DNA of 64,000 bases from a virus (lineage: Duplodnaviria; Heunggongvirae; Uroviricota; Caudoviricetes), in the IMG/VR virus record IMGVR_UViG_3300047548_001036, positions 1-64,000 of that record. One strand, written 5' to 3'. Positions 45,350-55,070 of the stretch are shown piece by piece; within the stretch, counting starts at the first letter, position 1; every line of letters starts with the position of its first letter. The notes under the pieces are model-generated. The model did not search any database, was not told the DNA's origin, and saw only the letters and a program-made list of their open reading frames with translations. The translations under genes and the position numbers were made by a program.

Positions 45350-46207
45350 ATGAGAGCTAGAGAATTTTTAAGAGAAGCACCTAACCCTGCAGCAACTGCT
45401 ACAGCACCAGTGACACCAAAACCAGGTGCATTTAGCGTAGATGTGCCACAGGGCAGGCGAGGGGTTGAAGTTGCAGATTTACAAAAAGCTCTGATAGCAT
45501 TAGGTTATCAGCTGCCCAAGCACGGTGTTGATGGTATACGTGGTCCGGAAACTAGCGCAGCCGTAAAACAATTTCAACAAGACACCCAGTTAAACACAGA
45601 TGGAATTCCTGGACCAGAAACCATTGATAAACTTAATGATGTCTTAGCATCTAAGCCTAACATTACTGCTACTCTTAAAAAGAGTCTGCCCGCAGAAGTA
45701 AAAGCACCTGCTGCTAGTAGCTCGAACATTGATACCACACACATTCAAGATCCTACGTTTAATGGAAAGCTTAAGAAAATTGCAGATGACCTTGGAGTTA
45801 AATCTTCGGACCTGATTGCCATAATGAAACTGGAATCGGGTGTGAATCCTAAAGCAGTTAACTCTATGTCTGGTGCAACAGGACTTATACAGTTTATGCC
45901 TAAAACGGCACAGTCCCTAGGCACAACTACACAAGCACTGTATAGTATGTCTGCTGTAGACCAACTCGATTATGTCTACAAATACTTTAAAATGGTAGGT
46001 GTTAAGCCAGGTATGACCTTACAGGATTTATACATGGCAGTGTTTATGCCTGCAGCAATGGGCAAGGGCCCCGACCATGTGTTGGGGCAAAAAGATGCGC
46101 CTGGTTTTGCCGGCAAAGTGTACGCACAAAACGCAGGCCTAGACAAAAATCGGGACGGAACAATAACTGTTGCAGATGCAACTCAATCGGTATCAAAATT
46201 TGCATGA
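45350..46207 (+). CDS. peptidoglycan-binding + lytic transglycosylase (SLT-like) protein with CTS-like N-terminus MRAREFLREA
   Basis: PG_binding_1-like LQKALIALGY...DGIRGPETSAAVKQFQ; SLT motif ESGVNPKAVNSMSGATGLIQFMPKTA. Confidence 0.6.
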   Translation: MRAREFLREAPNPAATATAPVTPKPGAFSVDVPQGRRGVEVADLQKALIALGYQLPKHGVDGIRGPETSAAVKQFQQDTQLNTDGIPGPETIDKLNDVLASKPNITATLKKSLPAEVKAPAASSSNIDTTHIQDPTFNGKLKKIADDLGVKSSDLIAIMKLESGVNPKAVNSMSGATGLIQFMPKTAQSLGTTTQALYSMSAVDQLDYVYKYFKMVGVKPGMTLQDLYMAVFMPAAMGKGPDHVLGQKDAPGFAGKVYAQNAGLDKNRDGTITVADATQSVSKFA

Positions 46208-46755
46208 AACATCTTATAGGAAACTTACTTATCTCTCCTCCTAGCATTGACCATGGATTCTTTCAGAAAAGCGTTATACTGCTAACTGAAGATCACTCCG
46301 GAGGCAATGTAGGAGTCGTATTGAACAAAACTAGCAAAGTAAGTTTAAACGAGTTTGCAAAGCATAATAATGTTATATTAGATGTGCCAGGGTATGCACA
46401 TATAGGAGGACCAGTAAACCCAAAAGCGTTGACCATGATTCACACCAATGATTGGGCTTGTTCGAATACTATGCGTATCAATGATTTGTTCAGTATTAGT
46501 AGCAGCCCTGATATATTTAATTACTTGGCCAATGGATATTGTCCGGAACATTGGAGGATATTTGTTGGTTTGTGTAAATGGACTCCGGGACAGTTATCAA
46601 AAGAGGTTAATGGGTTACCTCCATATGAACATAAGTCTAGCTGGTTAACCGCAACCGCGGACTTGGATATTGTGTTCGAAACAGATGCCGATGACCAGTG
46701 GAGTGAATCCATAGAAAGATCAGGTTCTGAATTCGCTCAAAACCTCTTTGAATAA
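46204..46755 (+). CDS. YqgE/AlgH family (DUF179/UPF0301) protein
   Basis: GNLLISPPSIDHGFFQKSVILLTEDHSGGNVGVVLNK matches YqgE/AlgH N-terminal signature. Confidence 0.6.
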   Translation: MKHLIGNLLISPPSIDHGFFQKSVILLTEDHSGGNVGVVLNKTSKVSLNEFAKHNNVILDVPGYAHIGGPVNPKALTMIHTNDWACSNTMRINDLFSISSSPDIFNYLANGYCPEHWRIFVGLCKWTPGQLSKEVNGLPPYEHKSSWLTATADLDIVFETDADDQWSESIERSGSEFAQNLFE

Positions 46756-46811
46756 ATACTAATCTATCGTATAATGTAGTAGTTACAGTACTACACACGC
46801 AGAGCATTATT

Positions 46812-47327
46812 ATGAGCGATACACTTTTACTAAATTCGGATGCGCAGCCTGTCAGCTGGTTACCACTTAGCACATTGACATGGCAAGATGCCATTAAGTA
46901 CATGATTCTTGAAAAAGCTCGTGTAGTTGAATGGCATGAAAATTGGATAGTACATTCTGCCAGTTGGGAAACTCAGGTCCCGGCAGTTATGATGTTAACT
47001 GAATACATGAAACCAAAAACTGCAGTTAGATTTTCCAAGTCTAATGTGTTTTTACGAGATCAGTACACCTGCGCTTACTGCGGATCTAAACTAGAAAAGG
47101 GCGTATGCACATTAGATCATATTTTACCTAGTAGCCATGGTGGACGTACTACGTTCGAAAATTGCGTAACTGCATGTTCGCCGTGTAACGCACGAAAAGG
47201 AAACAATAAGAAGATTGTTCCCAAGTTTAAGCCGCACAAACCTGATTTTTGGGAATTGGTGCACAAACGCAAGCTGCAACCGTTTCATGTCAAACATCCA
47301 AGTTGGTTTGACTACATACAAGTATGA
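46812..47327 (+). CDS. HNH endonuclease
   Basis: CAYCGSKL...LDHILPSSHGGRTTFENCVTACSPCNARKGN. Confidence 0.7.
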   Translation: MSDTLLLNSDAQPVSWLPLSTLTWQDAIKYMILEKARVVEWHENWIVHSASWETQVPAVMMLTEYMKPKTAVRFSKSNVFLRDQYTCAYCGSKLEKGVCTLDHILPSSHGGRTTFENCVTACSPCNARKGNNKKIVPKFKPHKPDFWELVHKRKLQPFHVKHPSWFDYIQV

Positions 47328-47734
47328 AGCAATTTTTATGGAAACTGTTGGGCTTTGCTAGTCTGTGTCTGGCATACATTGGGTTGATTACTCCGGGCTT
47401 GCCTTACTCGCCGTTTATTGTATTTGCTGCCTATTGCTTTTCAAAAGGGAGCCCGCGTATGCATGCCTGGATTTACAATCACAAGGTATTTGGGCCATTT
47501 CTAACAAACTGGACCGAAAAACGAGTGTTCCCCATACGTATGAAATTCTTCATGCTGGCCATGATGACTACCAGTTTAATCATCATGTTTAGCAGCGGAG
47601 TTAAACTCATAGGTGTTATTTCTACTGCAATTTTCATGGCACTGGTTGCTATCTGGGCCTGGAGATTCCCCAGCAGTGTGACCGAACATGAACGTAGAAT
47701 TGCACAAGGTAAAAAGATCGGTTGGTTTAAATAA
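47324..47734 (+). CDS. YbaN-like inner membrane protein (DUF454)
   Basis: [50 protein letters not shown]. Confidence 0.55.
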   Translation: MKQFLWKLLGFASLCLAYIGLITPGLPYSPFIVFAAYCFSKGSPRMHAWIYNHKVFGPFLTNWTEKRVFPIRMKFFMLAMMTTSLIIMFSSGVKLIGVISTAIFMALVAIWAWRFPSSVTEHERRIAQGKKIGWFK

Positions 47735-48914
47735 TTGCTTTCAGTGCATTTATTAAATCTTCAATCATACCATCTGTATGCATAGGGGTAGGAACTAATC
47801 TTAAACGTTCAGTTCCTACATCTACTGTTGGTGAATTTATAGCCTGAACATATATGCTATACTCATTTAACAATATATCACTGAACTCCTTAGTCTTAAA
47901 CGCATCACCTATCAATATGGGAACGATATGCGTATTGCTAGGCATAAACGGCAACCCTGCTTTATCTAATAAGTACTTGAGTTTTTGGACTCTACCCTGA
48001 TGCTCTTCTCTAAGACTGTTGTGTTCTTTTAGATATCTTACAGACGCCAATGCCCCTGCACACAACACGGGACTAAGACTGGTTGTAAAAATAAACCCTG
48101 CTGCAATACTACGAATTGCATCAATAACTACAGAATCTGCAGCAATGTATCCCCCCTGAACACCAAATGCCTTACCCAAGGTGCCGTTTACAATATCAAC
48201 ACGATCTTGTAATCCTAGTTTCTCTAATTTGCCGGCGCCTGTTCCTCCATACAGTCCAACGGCGTGGACTTCGTCGATGTAAGTCATAGCCTGGTATTGA
48301 TCTGCAAGGTCGCAAATTTCACGAATCTTGCTGACATCACCGTCCATGGAATAGACGCTTTCAAACACCACACATGGTGTTTTTCCTTGCTCTCGACTAC
48401 GTCGTAAACACGATTCTAGATCATCTAAGTCATTGTGAATAAAAACTTGTTTTGCAGCCTGGCTATGTTTAATGCCTACGATTATACTGTTATGATTTTT
48501 ACTATCACTGATAAATTCGATGTTAGGGATTATTTTGGACAATGCAATCATAGTCCATTCATTGGCCACATAGGCACTGCTGAACAACAGTGCTCGATTT
48601 TTCTTGTGTAATGTAGCAAGCTCATGTTCTAATGCTACATGATAATGAGTGGTTCCAGATATATTACGTGTGCCACCACTGCCTGCACCAGTCATATCAA
48701 TCGCGGTATGCATGGCATCAAGTACAACTTTATGCTGCCCCATGCCCAAATAATCATTACTGCACCAGTTTACGATGTTCTTAATAGCGTATGGTCCGTA
48801 CCAAATTGAATTAGGAAACTTCCCACTTTCTCGCAATATGTTGTTAAAAACCCTGTATTTGCCCTGCTGTTTTAAGTCAGTGATAACATTTTGAAATATA
48901 CTTCGGTCTATCAT
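47727..48914 (-). CDS. hemA: 5-aminolevulinate synthase (PLP-dependent alpha-oxoamine synthase family)
   Basis: KYRVFNNI...[12 protein letters not shown]...[13 protein letters not shown]...ELATLHKK and PLP-lysine region TLGKAFG. Confidence 0.75.
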   Translation of the reverse strand: MIDRSIFQNVITDLKQQGKYRVFNNILRESGKFPNSIWYGPYAIKNIVNWCSNDYLGMGQHKVVLDAMHTAIDMTGAGSGGTRNISGTTHYHVALEHELATLHKKNRALLFSSAYVANEWTMIALSKIIPNIEFISDSKNHNSIIVGIKHSQAAKQVFIHNDLDDLESCLRRSREQGKTPCVVFESVYSMDGDVSKIREICDLADQYQAMTYIDEVHAVGLYGGTGAGKLEKLGLQDRVDIVNGTLGKAFGVQGGYIAADSVVIDAIRSIAAGFIFTTSLSPVLCAGALASVRYLKEHNSLREEHQGRVQKLKYLLDKAGLPFMPSNTHIVPILIGDAFKTKEFSDILLNEYSIYVQAINSPTVDVGTERLRLVPTPMHTDGMIEDLINALKAII

Positions 48915-48964
48915 ATGTCGCTCATTATATGCTTATATTTATCTATGACGACTTTAAAACTTTG

Positions 48965-48994
48965 ATACGTAATGATAATCTAAACCTAGATTAT
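48965..48994. promoter_or_regulatory. Fur-box-like palindrome TAATGATAATCTAAACCTAGATTATCAT between divergent hemA-like and tail-fiber genes
   Basis: 9-bp perfect inverted arms GATAATCTA/TAGATTATC; first 11 nt match Fur consensus (TAATGATAATC). Confidence 0.4.
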
Positions 48995-49007
48995 CATAAA
49001 TATAGTT

Positions 49008-49571
49008 ATGGCAAAGAAAATAATTAACATCGGAAGTGCTCCTAACTCTAGAGACGGCGACACCGTTCGAACAGCATTTAATAAAATAAATCAGAACTTC
49101 GACGAGTTGTATCAACAAGTATCTGCAATAACGGGTGTTGCAGATCCTGATGCTATATCTAACTTGGACATTAAAGGGTCTGTTTATGCAGAAGACGGAA
49201 CCTTAATGATCGACGCAGCATCTGGCAAAATTTTACCTTCAGCATTACCCAATAATACACCGTCGAGTTACACGTTTAATGCTATATTTGATAGTCAAGG
49301 AAACTTGTCTGCGATTGATGGATTACCGGAAGGTTGGTCGGCTAACGTATCCGACAACTTTGTTACAATTATACATCCGTTGATGAGGCTGCCAAATACT
49401 ATCAGCTACTGGGGTCACCGAGATAATGGAGAGTTTAGATTAAGATTCCCAACACCGGGGTATCCAGCGCTGGTATTACCCTCTATGGATTATAGAATAG
49501 AATTACAATTAACTGCTGCAACAACAGGTGCAGACGAGAATCAATTTGCCGTAATAACTATAATGATTTAA
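49008..49571 (+). CDS. putative tail fiber / virion structural protein (187 aa)
   Basis: N-terminal MAKKIINIGSAPNSRDGDTVRTAFNKINQNFDELY motif resembling tail-fiber N-termini; first gene of fiber cluster. Confidence 0.45.
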   Translation: MAKKIINIGSAPNSRDGDTVRTAFNKINQNFDELYQQVSAITGVADPDAISNLDIKGSVYAEDGTLMIDAASGKILPSALPNNTPSSYTFNAIFDSQGNLSAIDGLPEGWSANVSDNFVTIIHPLMRLPNTISYWGHRDNGEFRLRFPTPGYPALVLPSMDYRIELQLTAATTGADENQFAVITIMI

Positions 49572-49572
49572 A

Positions 49573-50910
49573 ATGACCCAACTTGCACCTCCGAAGATTT
49601 TAAAAATAAATGTAACTAGATTGGATCCACTCGATGCATATGGATCTGAACCGTTTGCATCTCAGCCATGGAAATTCAGAGTTAGGTTATTAGTAGAACC
49701 ACAGATACACAGTGATTTACGAACCCCTAGACCTGGAATATATAACGGATTTGATGTAGTACCTGGCAATTTTATTTCTACTCAACGATCAAAAATTTTA
49801 AAAATTGATCAAATAGAATCACAAACTGCTGACCAGCTAATTTGTATATGCTCAGATACTAATCGTATAAACTCCAGCATTGACGAAAACCAAACTGGCG
49901 AAAGTGCAATTGAAACAGGATACGGGTTACTATTTACCGCAACTAAAGGTGTTCCGGTATTATTCCCATTACCAGGTAATATACAAGGTATCAGCACCAG
50001 CGATTTAATTGGAATCATTGGTAGATTCTTCTACTCCGATGCATCTGGATTTGCAGAAGGCGTATTAGGTTACACCGGATCTCAAGGCTATAGAGGATAT
50101 ACTGGCAGTAGAGGCCCATCGGGTACCAATATTGTTGTAAAAGGAAACGTACCTACTGCAAGTGATTTGCCTCCTACTGGAAATGCAGTCAACGATTCAT
50201 ATTTTGCTGATGACACCAAAGAACTATGGATATGGAGTAGTGCTGGCAACTGGTATAGTGCGGGACGTATCGTAGGCCCAACAGGTGACGTAGGATATAC
50301 CGGATCCGCTGGATACACGGGTAGTCAGGGTATTTCTGGATACACGGGTAGCCAAGGCCTACCTGGAGATCAAGGTGGCATCGGGTTTACTGGAAGTCAG
50401 GGCTATGTAGGTAGTCGAGGTGTCGAAGGCCCCGCTGGGCCTATCGGATATGCTGGTAGCCAAGGTGAAACTGGTTACGTCGGTAGTCGAGGACTACAAG
50501 GGTTCCGTGGAGAGTTAGGATATACTGGTAGCCAAGGTCCACAAGGTGCACCGGGAACGGCTGGTGGTACAGGGGCGTCTGGTTACACAGGTAGTCAAGG
50601 TATACAAGGATTTGCAGGTCCATCAGGCTACGCAGGTAGTCGAGGGTCCTTAGGATACACGGGATCGATTGGATATACCGGTAGTACTGGGATAATGGGG
50701 TACACCGGTAGCACGGGCGGGGATGGCGCAGATGGATATACCGGTAGCCGAGGATATACCGGTAGTAATGGACCAAATGCGATTGGACAGGCGACAATTA
50801 GCCAGGTACAAGCAGAAAACGGGGCAGTTTTGGTATATTCTGCTCAAGTCAACGAGTGGGCACCAAAAGTAACGCTTGATGCTCAAATCGTAGAAGGCGG
50901 GTTTTTTTAA
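49573..50910 (+). CDS. collagen-like repeat tail fiber protein
   Basis: ~30 GYTGSxG / G-X-Y repeats (GYTGSQGYRGYTGSRGPSG...). Confidence 0.65.
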   Translation: MTQLAPPKILKINVTRLDPLDAYGSEPFASQPWKFRVRLLVEPQIHSDLRTPRPGIYNGFDVVPGNFISTQRSKILKIDQIESQTADQLICICSDTNRINSSIDENQTGESAIETGYGLLFTATKGVPVLFPLPGNIQGISTSDLIGIIGRFFYSDASGFAEGVLGYTGSQGYRGYTGSRGPSGTNIVVKGNVPTASDLPPTGNAVNDSYFADDTKELWIWSSAGNWYSAGRIVGPTGDVGYTGSAGYTGSQGISGYTGSQGLPGDQGGIGFTGSQGYVGSRGVEGPAGPIGYAGSQGETGYVGSRGLQGFRGELGYTGSQGPQGAPGTAGGTGASGYTGSQGIQGFAGPSGYAGSRGSLGYTGSIGYTGSTGIMGYTGSTGGDGADGYTGSRGYTGSNGPNAIGQATISQVQAENGAVLVYSAQVNEWAPKVTLDAQIVEGGFF

Positions 50911-50938
50911 TAAATATAAAAAATAGGAGCAATGTCAA

Positions 50939-53713
50939 ATGGCATCAGAAATTAGAATCAAACGGTCAGGTAATACAGTTGTACCAACCAGTTTAAAACC
51001 AGGAGAATTGGCGTATTCTTGGGCGAACGGGGCAGATAAACTTTATATAGGTTGGGGTACTGACCAAAATGGAAATTCAACAGATATAGTATCGATTGGT
51101 GGTAAATTTTTCACCGACATGTTGGATCATACTGCAGGTACACTCACTGCTAGTTCGGCAATCATAGTCGATTCCAACAGTAAAATTGATCAGCTATTAG
51201 TTGATAACTTAAAACTTGATGCCAATACATTAAGCAGCACTGACACCAACGGTAATATACTAATTTCTCCCGACGGTACCGGGTATGTTCAAATTGTTGG
51301 TACAAACGGGCTAGTCCTTCCTGTAGGAACTACTGCACAACAAGGTCCTGCAGTTACTGGTGCTGTTCGTTTCAACTCAACCACAAGTCAGTACGAAGGG
51401 TATAACGGTACTAATTGGGCGTCACTGGGTGGAGTTCGATCAGTTGATGGGTTAACTTACATAACTGCAGAATCTACACCTGGTGCATCAAACGACACCA
51501 TAAGTTTCTATACCGCCGACAGTGCTACTACAACCACGTTAGCAGCCACACTAACCGCAACATCGCTAGATATTAATCTTACTACTGATTCTACATCCAC
51601 TTCATCTGGTGCATTGATTGTTGACGGTGGCGCCGGAATTGCTAAGAACTTATATGTGGGTGGTGATCTAAGGGCCCTAGGGGACACTTACCTAGGTGAT
51701 TCAACAACAGATAGCCTACTAGTTACTGGAGACGTAACTGTTAGCTTGCCTGACAATACATCAATTGCACTTGATATTAAACAAGGTGACGACTCATATA
51801 TCAAGGTTGTAACTACTGATGATGCTGAGAAAGTTGTTTTTGGTACTATTACAGATGTAAACATTGCTAGCACCACAGCCGCAACAAGTACGACAACTGG
51901 CGCGTTGACAGTTGCGGGGGGTGTGGGAATTGCCGGTGCATTATATGTCGCCGGTGCAATTAGTGCTGAATCCGCAACATTCGATTCCATCAATGCTACA
52001 CCAATTGGAAACGTAACACCCGACACTGGTGCATTTACTGTTCTTAATGTTGATAATCTTCAACTCGATGATAGCACTCTTAGTTCAACTAACGTTAATG
52101 GTGACATTAACATTACGCCTAATGGAACTGGTAAGCTAGTATTAGCTAATCCTTACGTTGGTACAGACTCTTTACAAGAATATATTGAAGATAGTGTTAA
52201 TTCGTTAGTTGCAGCTGGTGAAGGCATTGATGTTACCTATGATGACGTTAACGGCACCTTAACAATTGATGCTGAAATTGCAACAACTACCAATCGAGGT
52301 GTTGCATCGTTTGCTGACGCAGATTTTAATGTAACAGACGGCGCTGTTGAATTAAAAGATACTGTTGTTAAAGGATTCACAGTTGACGCCGACGCAGTAG
52401 TTACTCCTTCCGGCCACTCTGTTAAGATTACTGGCGGAGAAGGCATTGATGTCACTGTAGACGGTGCTGTAATTACCGTTGCAGGCGAAGATGCAACCAC
52501 TACCAATAAGGGCGTTGCATCGTTTGATACTGCTAACTTTACTGTAACCAACGGTGCTGTTTCAACAAAAGACATTACATTAGGTACATCAACATTAACT
52601 AACGGCTCAACCACACTTAGTTTATCTGGACTACAATCTCTCGCTGTCGATAACTTAACTATTGATGGTAACGAAATTAGTTCTAGTAACGCTAATGGTA
52701 ACATTAGCTTAAATCCAAATGGCACTGGTACAGTTGATGTTAACGGCGCAAGAATTACAACACTTGCTACTCCAGTTGACGGGACAGATGCTGCTACTAA
52801 GGCATATGTTGACTCTGTAGCAAATGGATTAGATGTTAAACAGTCAGTTCGCGTAGCAACAACTTCCGTATTAACTGCTACATACAGCAACGGTACCAAC
52901 GGCGAAGGCGCCACATTAACAAACGCAGGATCGCAAGCGGCGCTGGTACTTGATGGAGTCAGTGTTGTTCAAGGTGACCGTGTCTTAGTTAAAGATCAAA
53001 CGACGGCGTTACAGAACGGTATTTACGTTGTCACTACTGTTGGTTCAGGAAGTACTAACTGGGTATTAACACGAGCAACTGACTTTGATAACAGCCCAGG
53101 AACAGAAGTTACTGCAGGCGTATTTACCTTCGTTGAAGAAGGTACTAGCCTACAAGACAATGGATATGTTGTTACAACAAATGGTCCAGTTGTAATTGGC
53201 ACAACAGACATCGTTTGGAATCAGTTCTCGGGTGCTGGTCAAATCGATGCAGGTGATGCGTTAACCAAGACTGGAAACAGACTAGACGTTGTCGTTGCTG
53301 CTAGTGGCGGTATCGAAATTTCTGGTGATGCTTTACAACTAAAATCAAGTGTTGCTGGAGCAGGGTTAACATACACCTCAGGCGTTATAAATGTTGTTGG
53401 TACAACAGATCGAATTACCGTTAACGCTGACTCCATTGATATTGCTAGTACATACGTAGGTCAAACCAGCATAACAACTTTGGGAACAATTACAACAGGT
53501 GTTTGGAATGGCACAACTGTAACGGTTCCATACGGCGGTACTGGAGTAACTTCGTTTACAACTAACGGCATAGTCTATGGTAATGGGTCCGGAGCACTAC
53601 AAGTTACTGCAGCAGGAACCTGGGATTCTACACATAGCGTGGGACAACTATTAAGCGTAAATAGCAGCGGAGTTCCTACATGGACTAACATCATAGATGG
53701 CGGAACATTCTAA
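50939..53713 (+). CDS. large tail fiber protein (924 aa)
   Basis: N-terminal IKRS...GELAYSWANGADKLYIG tail-fiber motif; RFNSTTSQYEGYNGTNWASLGG repeat; Thr/Gly/Ala-rich beta-rich repeats. Confidence 0.7.
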   Translation: MASEIRIKRSGNTVVPTSLKPGELAYSWANGADKLYIGWGTDQNGNSTDIVSIGGKFFTDMLDHTAGTLTASSAIIVDSNSKIDQLLVDNLKLDANTLSSTDTNGNILISPDGTGYVQIVGTNGLVLPVGTTAQQGPAVTGAVRFNSTTSQYEGYNGTNWASLGGVRSVDGLTYITAESTPGASNDTISFYTADSATTTTLAATLTATSLDINLTTDSTSTSSGALIVDGGAGIAKNLYVGGDLRALGDTYLGDSTTDSLLVTGDVTVSLPDNTSIALDIKQGDDSYIKVVTTDDAEKVVFGTITDVNIASTTAATSTTTGALTVAGGVGIAGALYVAGAISAESATFDSINATPIGNVTPDTGAFTVLNVDNLQLDDSTLSSTNVNGDINITPNGTGKLVLANPYVGTDSLQEYIEDSVNSLVAAGEGIDVTYDDVNGTLTIDAEIATTTNRGVASFADADFNVTDGAVELKDTVVKGFTVDADAVVTPSGHSVKITGGEGIDVTVDGAVITVAGEDATTTNKGVASFDTANFTVTNGAVSTKDITLGTSTLTNGSTTLSLSGLQSLAVDNLTIDGNEISSSNANGNISLNPNGTGTVDVNGARITTLATPVDGTDAATKAYVDSVANGLDVKQSVRVATTSVLTATYSNGTNGEGATLTNAGSQAALVLDGVSVVQGDRVLVKDQTTALQNGIYVVTTVGSGSTNWVLTRATDFDNSPGTEVTAGVFTFVEEGTSLQDNGYVVTTNGPVVIGTTDIVWNQFSGAGQIDAGDALTKTGNRLDVVVAASGGIEISGDALQLKSSVAGAGLTYTSGVINVVGTTDRITVNADSIDIASTYVGQTSITTLGTITTGVWNGTTVTVPYGGTGVTSFTTNGIVYGNGSGALQVTAAGTWDSTHSVGQLLSVNSSGVPTWTNIIDGGTF

Positions 53714-53720
53714 CTAATGT

Positions 53721-53748
53721 AAAATAAAAAAAGCGGGCAAGGCCCGCT
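53721..53748. terminator. bidirectional rho-independent terminator between convergent genes
   Basis: A7-GCGGGCAAGGCCCGC-T7. Confidence 0.8.
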
Positions 53749-53752
53749 TTTT

Positions 53753-55012
53753 TTATCTCCTGCTAAAATGATAGTCGCCGTCAGGACCATTATCGCAAAA
53801 CGGTCCTGACAGGAAATTAAATCCTAGGGATAGCACATATCTAATTACTTCATCCCTTAACGGTGCGCCTTTATTGTACTCTACCGCTTGCAACTCGAGT
53901 ATTAAATCAGTGCAATGCCTTAGACATTCTGTTGCACCCATTAAGACATCAAGTTCGGCCCCTTGTACATCCATTTTAATTAAATTTGGCATGGGCAGAC
54001 CTTTTTGTTTGACCACAGTATCAAGTGTCATGGCAGTAACAGTTCTTTTATGTTTTTCATTAAACAGCTCTTTAGCAGCCGGACTTAATTCTACGTTTTC
54101 TCTGTAATAACTGTTTCCTCCCGGATGTTCAGTATTTTGATAAAACTCTAGTGTTCTTCCATCATAGTTACTGAGCACTCCAATCGCGTAGTCAAGTCCC
54201 TTTTCCTTATATAAGGACTCGACTTCTGGCATAGCCTCAAATGCTATAAATTTAGCATCGGGCCATATCGCACTAGCTTCATTGGTCCAATGTAATACAC
54301 ATGCACCTATGTCGTAAATTACATTGGGCGTTACTTGATGACTCAAGGCTTTTAAATAATCCACATGAGTCTGAGGTAACAGGCGCCGACTGCCTAATTC
54401 CTTAAGGTGTTGTTGAACAGTGGGTGTTGGATTGTCATCAACTACAAACACGCTACTTCCATGATGCCCGCAATGTATGCTGGTATCTGCAAATATCTTA
54501 TATCCTTTTTCTTTTGCACGCAAGCAAAAATAAGTATCTTCGCTAACAGTATTTGCATGGTCTATGGCGGACTTATAAACAAACTGAGGATACCCAATAT
54601 CTCTAATCACTTGGCTTTTAACCAACACACATCCAAATCCACAGCCATCAACTTCAACCAGACCTTTTCCTTTAATACTATTATAAGATATGTTAATTCC
54701 ATTATTATAAAGTTCAAGAATGTGCTGCCCGGGTTTCCTTTGAATATACAGGCCTGAAACTACGTCTTTGTCATGTGCCAATAATTTCTTTAACGTATCG
54801 GGCTTAAATGATATGTCACTATCTACACTGAACAAATAATCATACTTTTCAGCCCAATGTGCAATTAAATTTCTAATCTGATCAACTTGATCCGAAACAA
54901 AAGGTTGGAATGTTAAATTATGTCCGGCCGGAACTTCTAAGTCATATATGCTTTTAAATGTTTCTGGTTCAACGTACTTATCAGTTGGGACTGCGATTAA
55001 AATTGTTTTCAT
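53753..55012 (-). CDS. bifunctional glycosyltransferase (DxD, GT2-like) / FkbM-family methyltransferase
   Basis: N-terminal domain with DSD; C-terminal VIYDIGACVLHW...MDVQGAELDVL (FkbM-like). Confidence 0.55.
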   Translation of the reverse strand: MKTILIAVPTDKYVEPETFKSIYDLEVPAGHNLTFQPFVSDQVDQIRNLIAHWAEKYDYLFSVDSDISFKPDTLKKLLAHDKDVVSGLYIQRKPGQHILELYNNGINISYNSIKGKGLVEVDGCGFGCVLVKSQVIRDIGYPQFVYKSAIDHANTVSEDTYFCLRAKEKGYKIFADTSIHCGHHGSSVFVVDDNPTPTVQQHLKELGSRRLLPQTHVDYLKALSHQVTPNVIYDIGACVLHWTNEASAIWPDAKFIAFEAMPEVESLYKEKGLDYAIGVLSNYDGRTLEFYQNTEHPGGNSYYRENVELSPAAKELFNEKHKRTVTAMTLDTVVKQKGLPMPNLIKMDVQGAELDVLMGATECLRHCTDLILELQAVEYNKGAPLRDEVIRYVLSLGFNFLSGPFCDNGPDGDYHFSRR

Positions 55013-55070
55013 GGTATATTTGCAATAAAAATTAACTTTTGATAAATATATTTATCAAAAGGAGATTCTA

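Noticed and set aside
52237-52914. 225-aa minus-strand ORF inside the 924-aa tail fiber gene
   Set aside because: Antisense shadow in a Thr/Gly/Ala-rich repeat gene.
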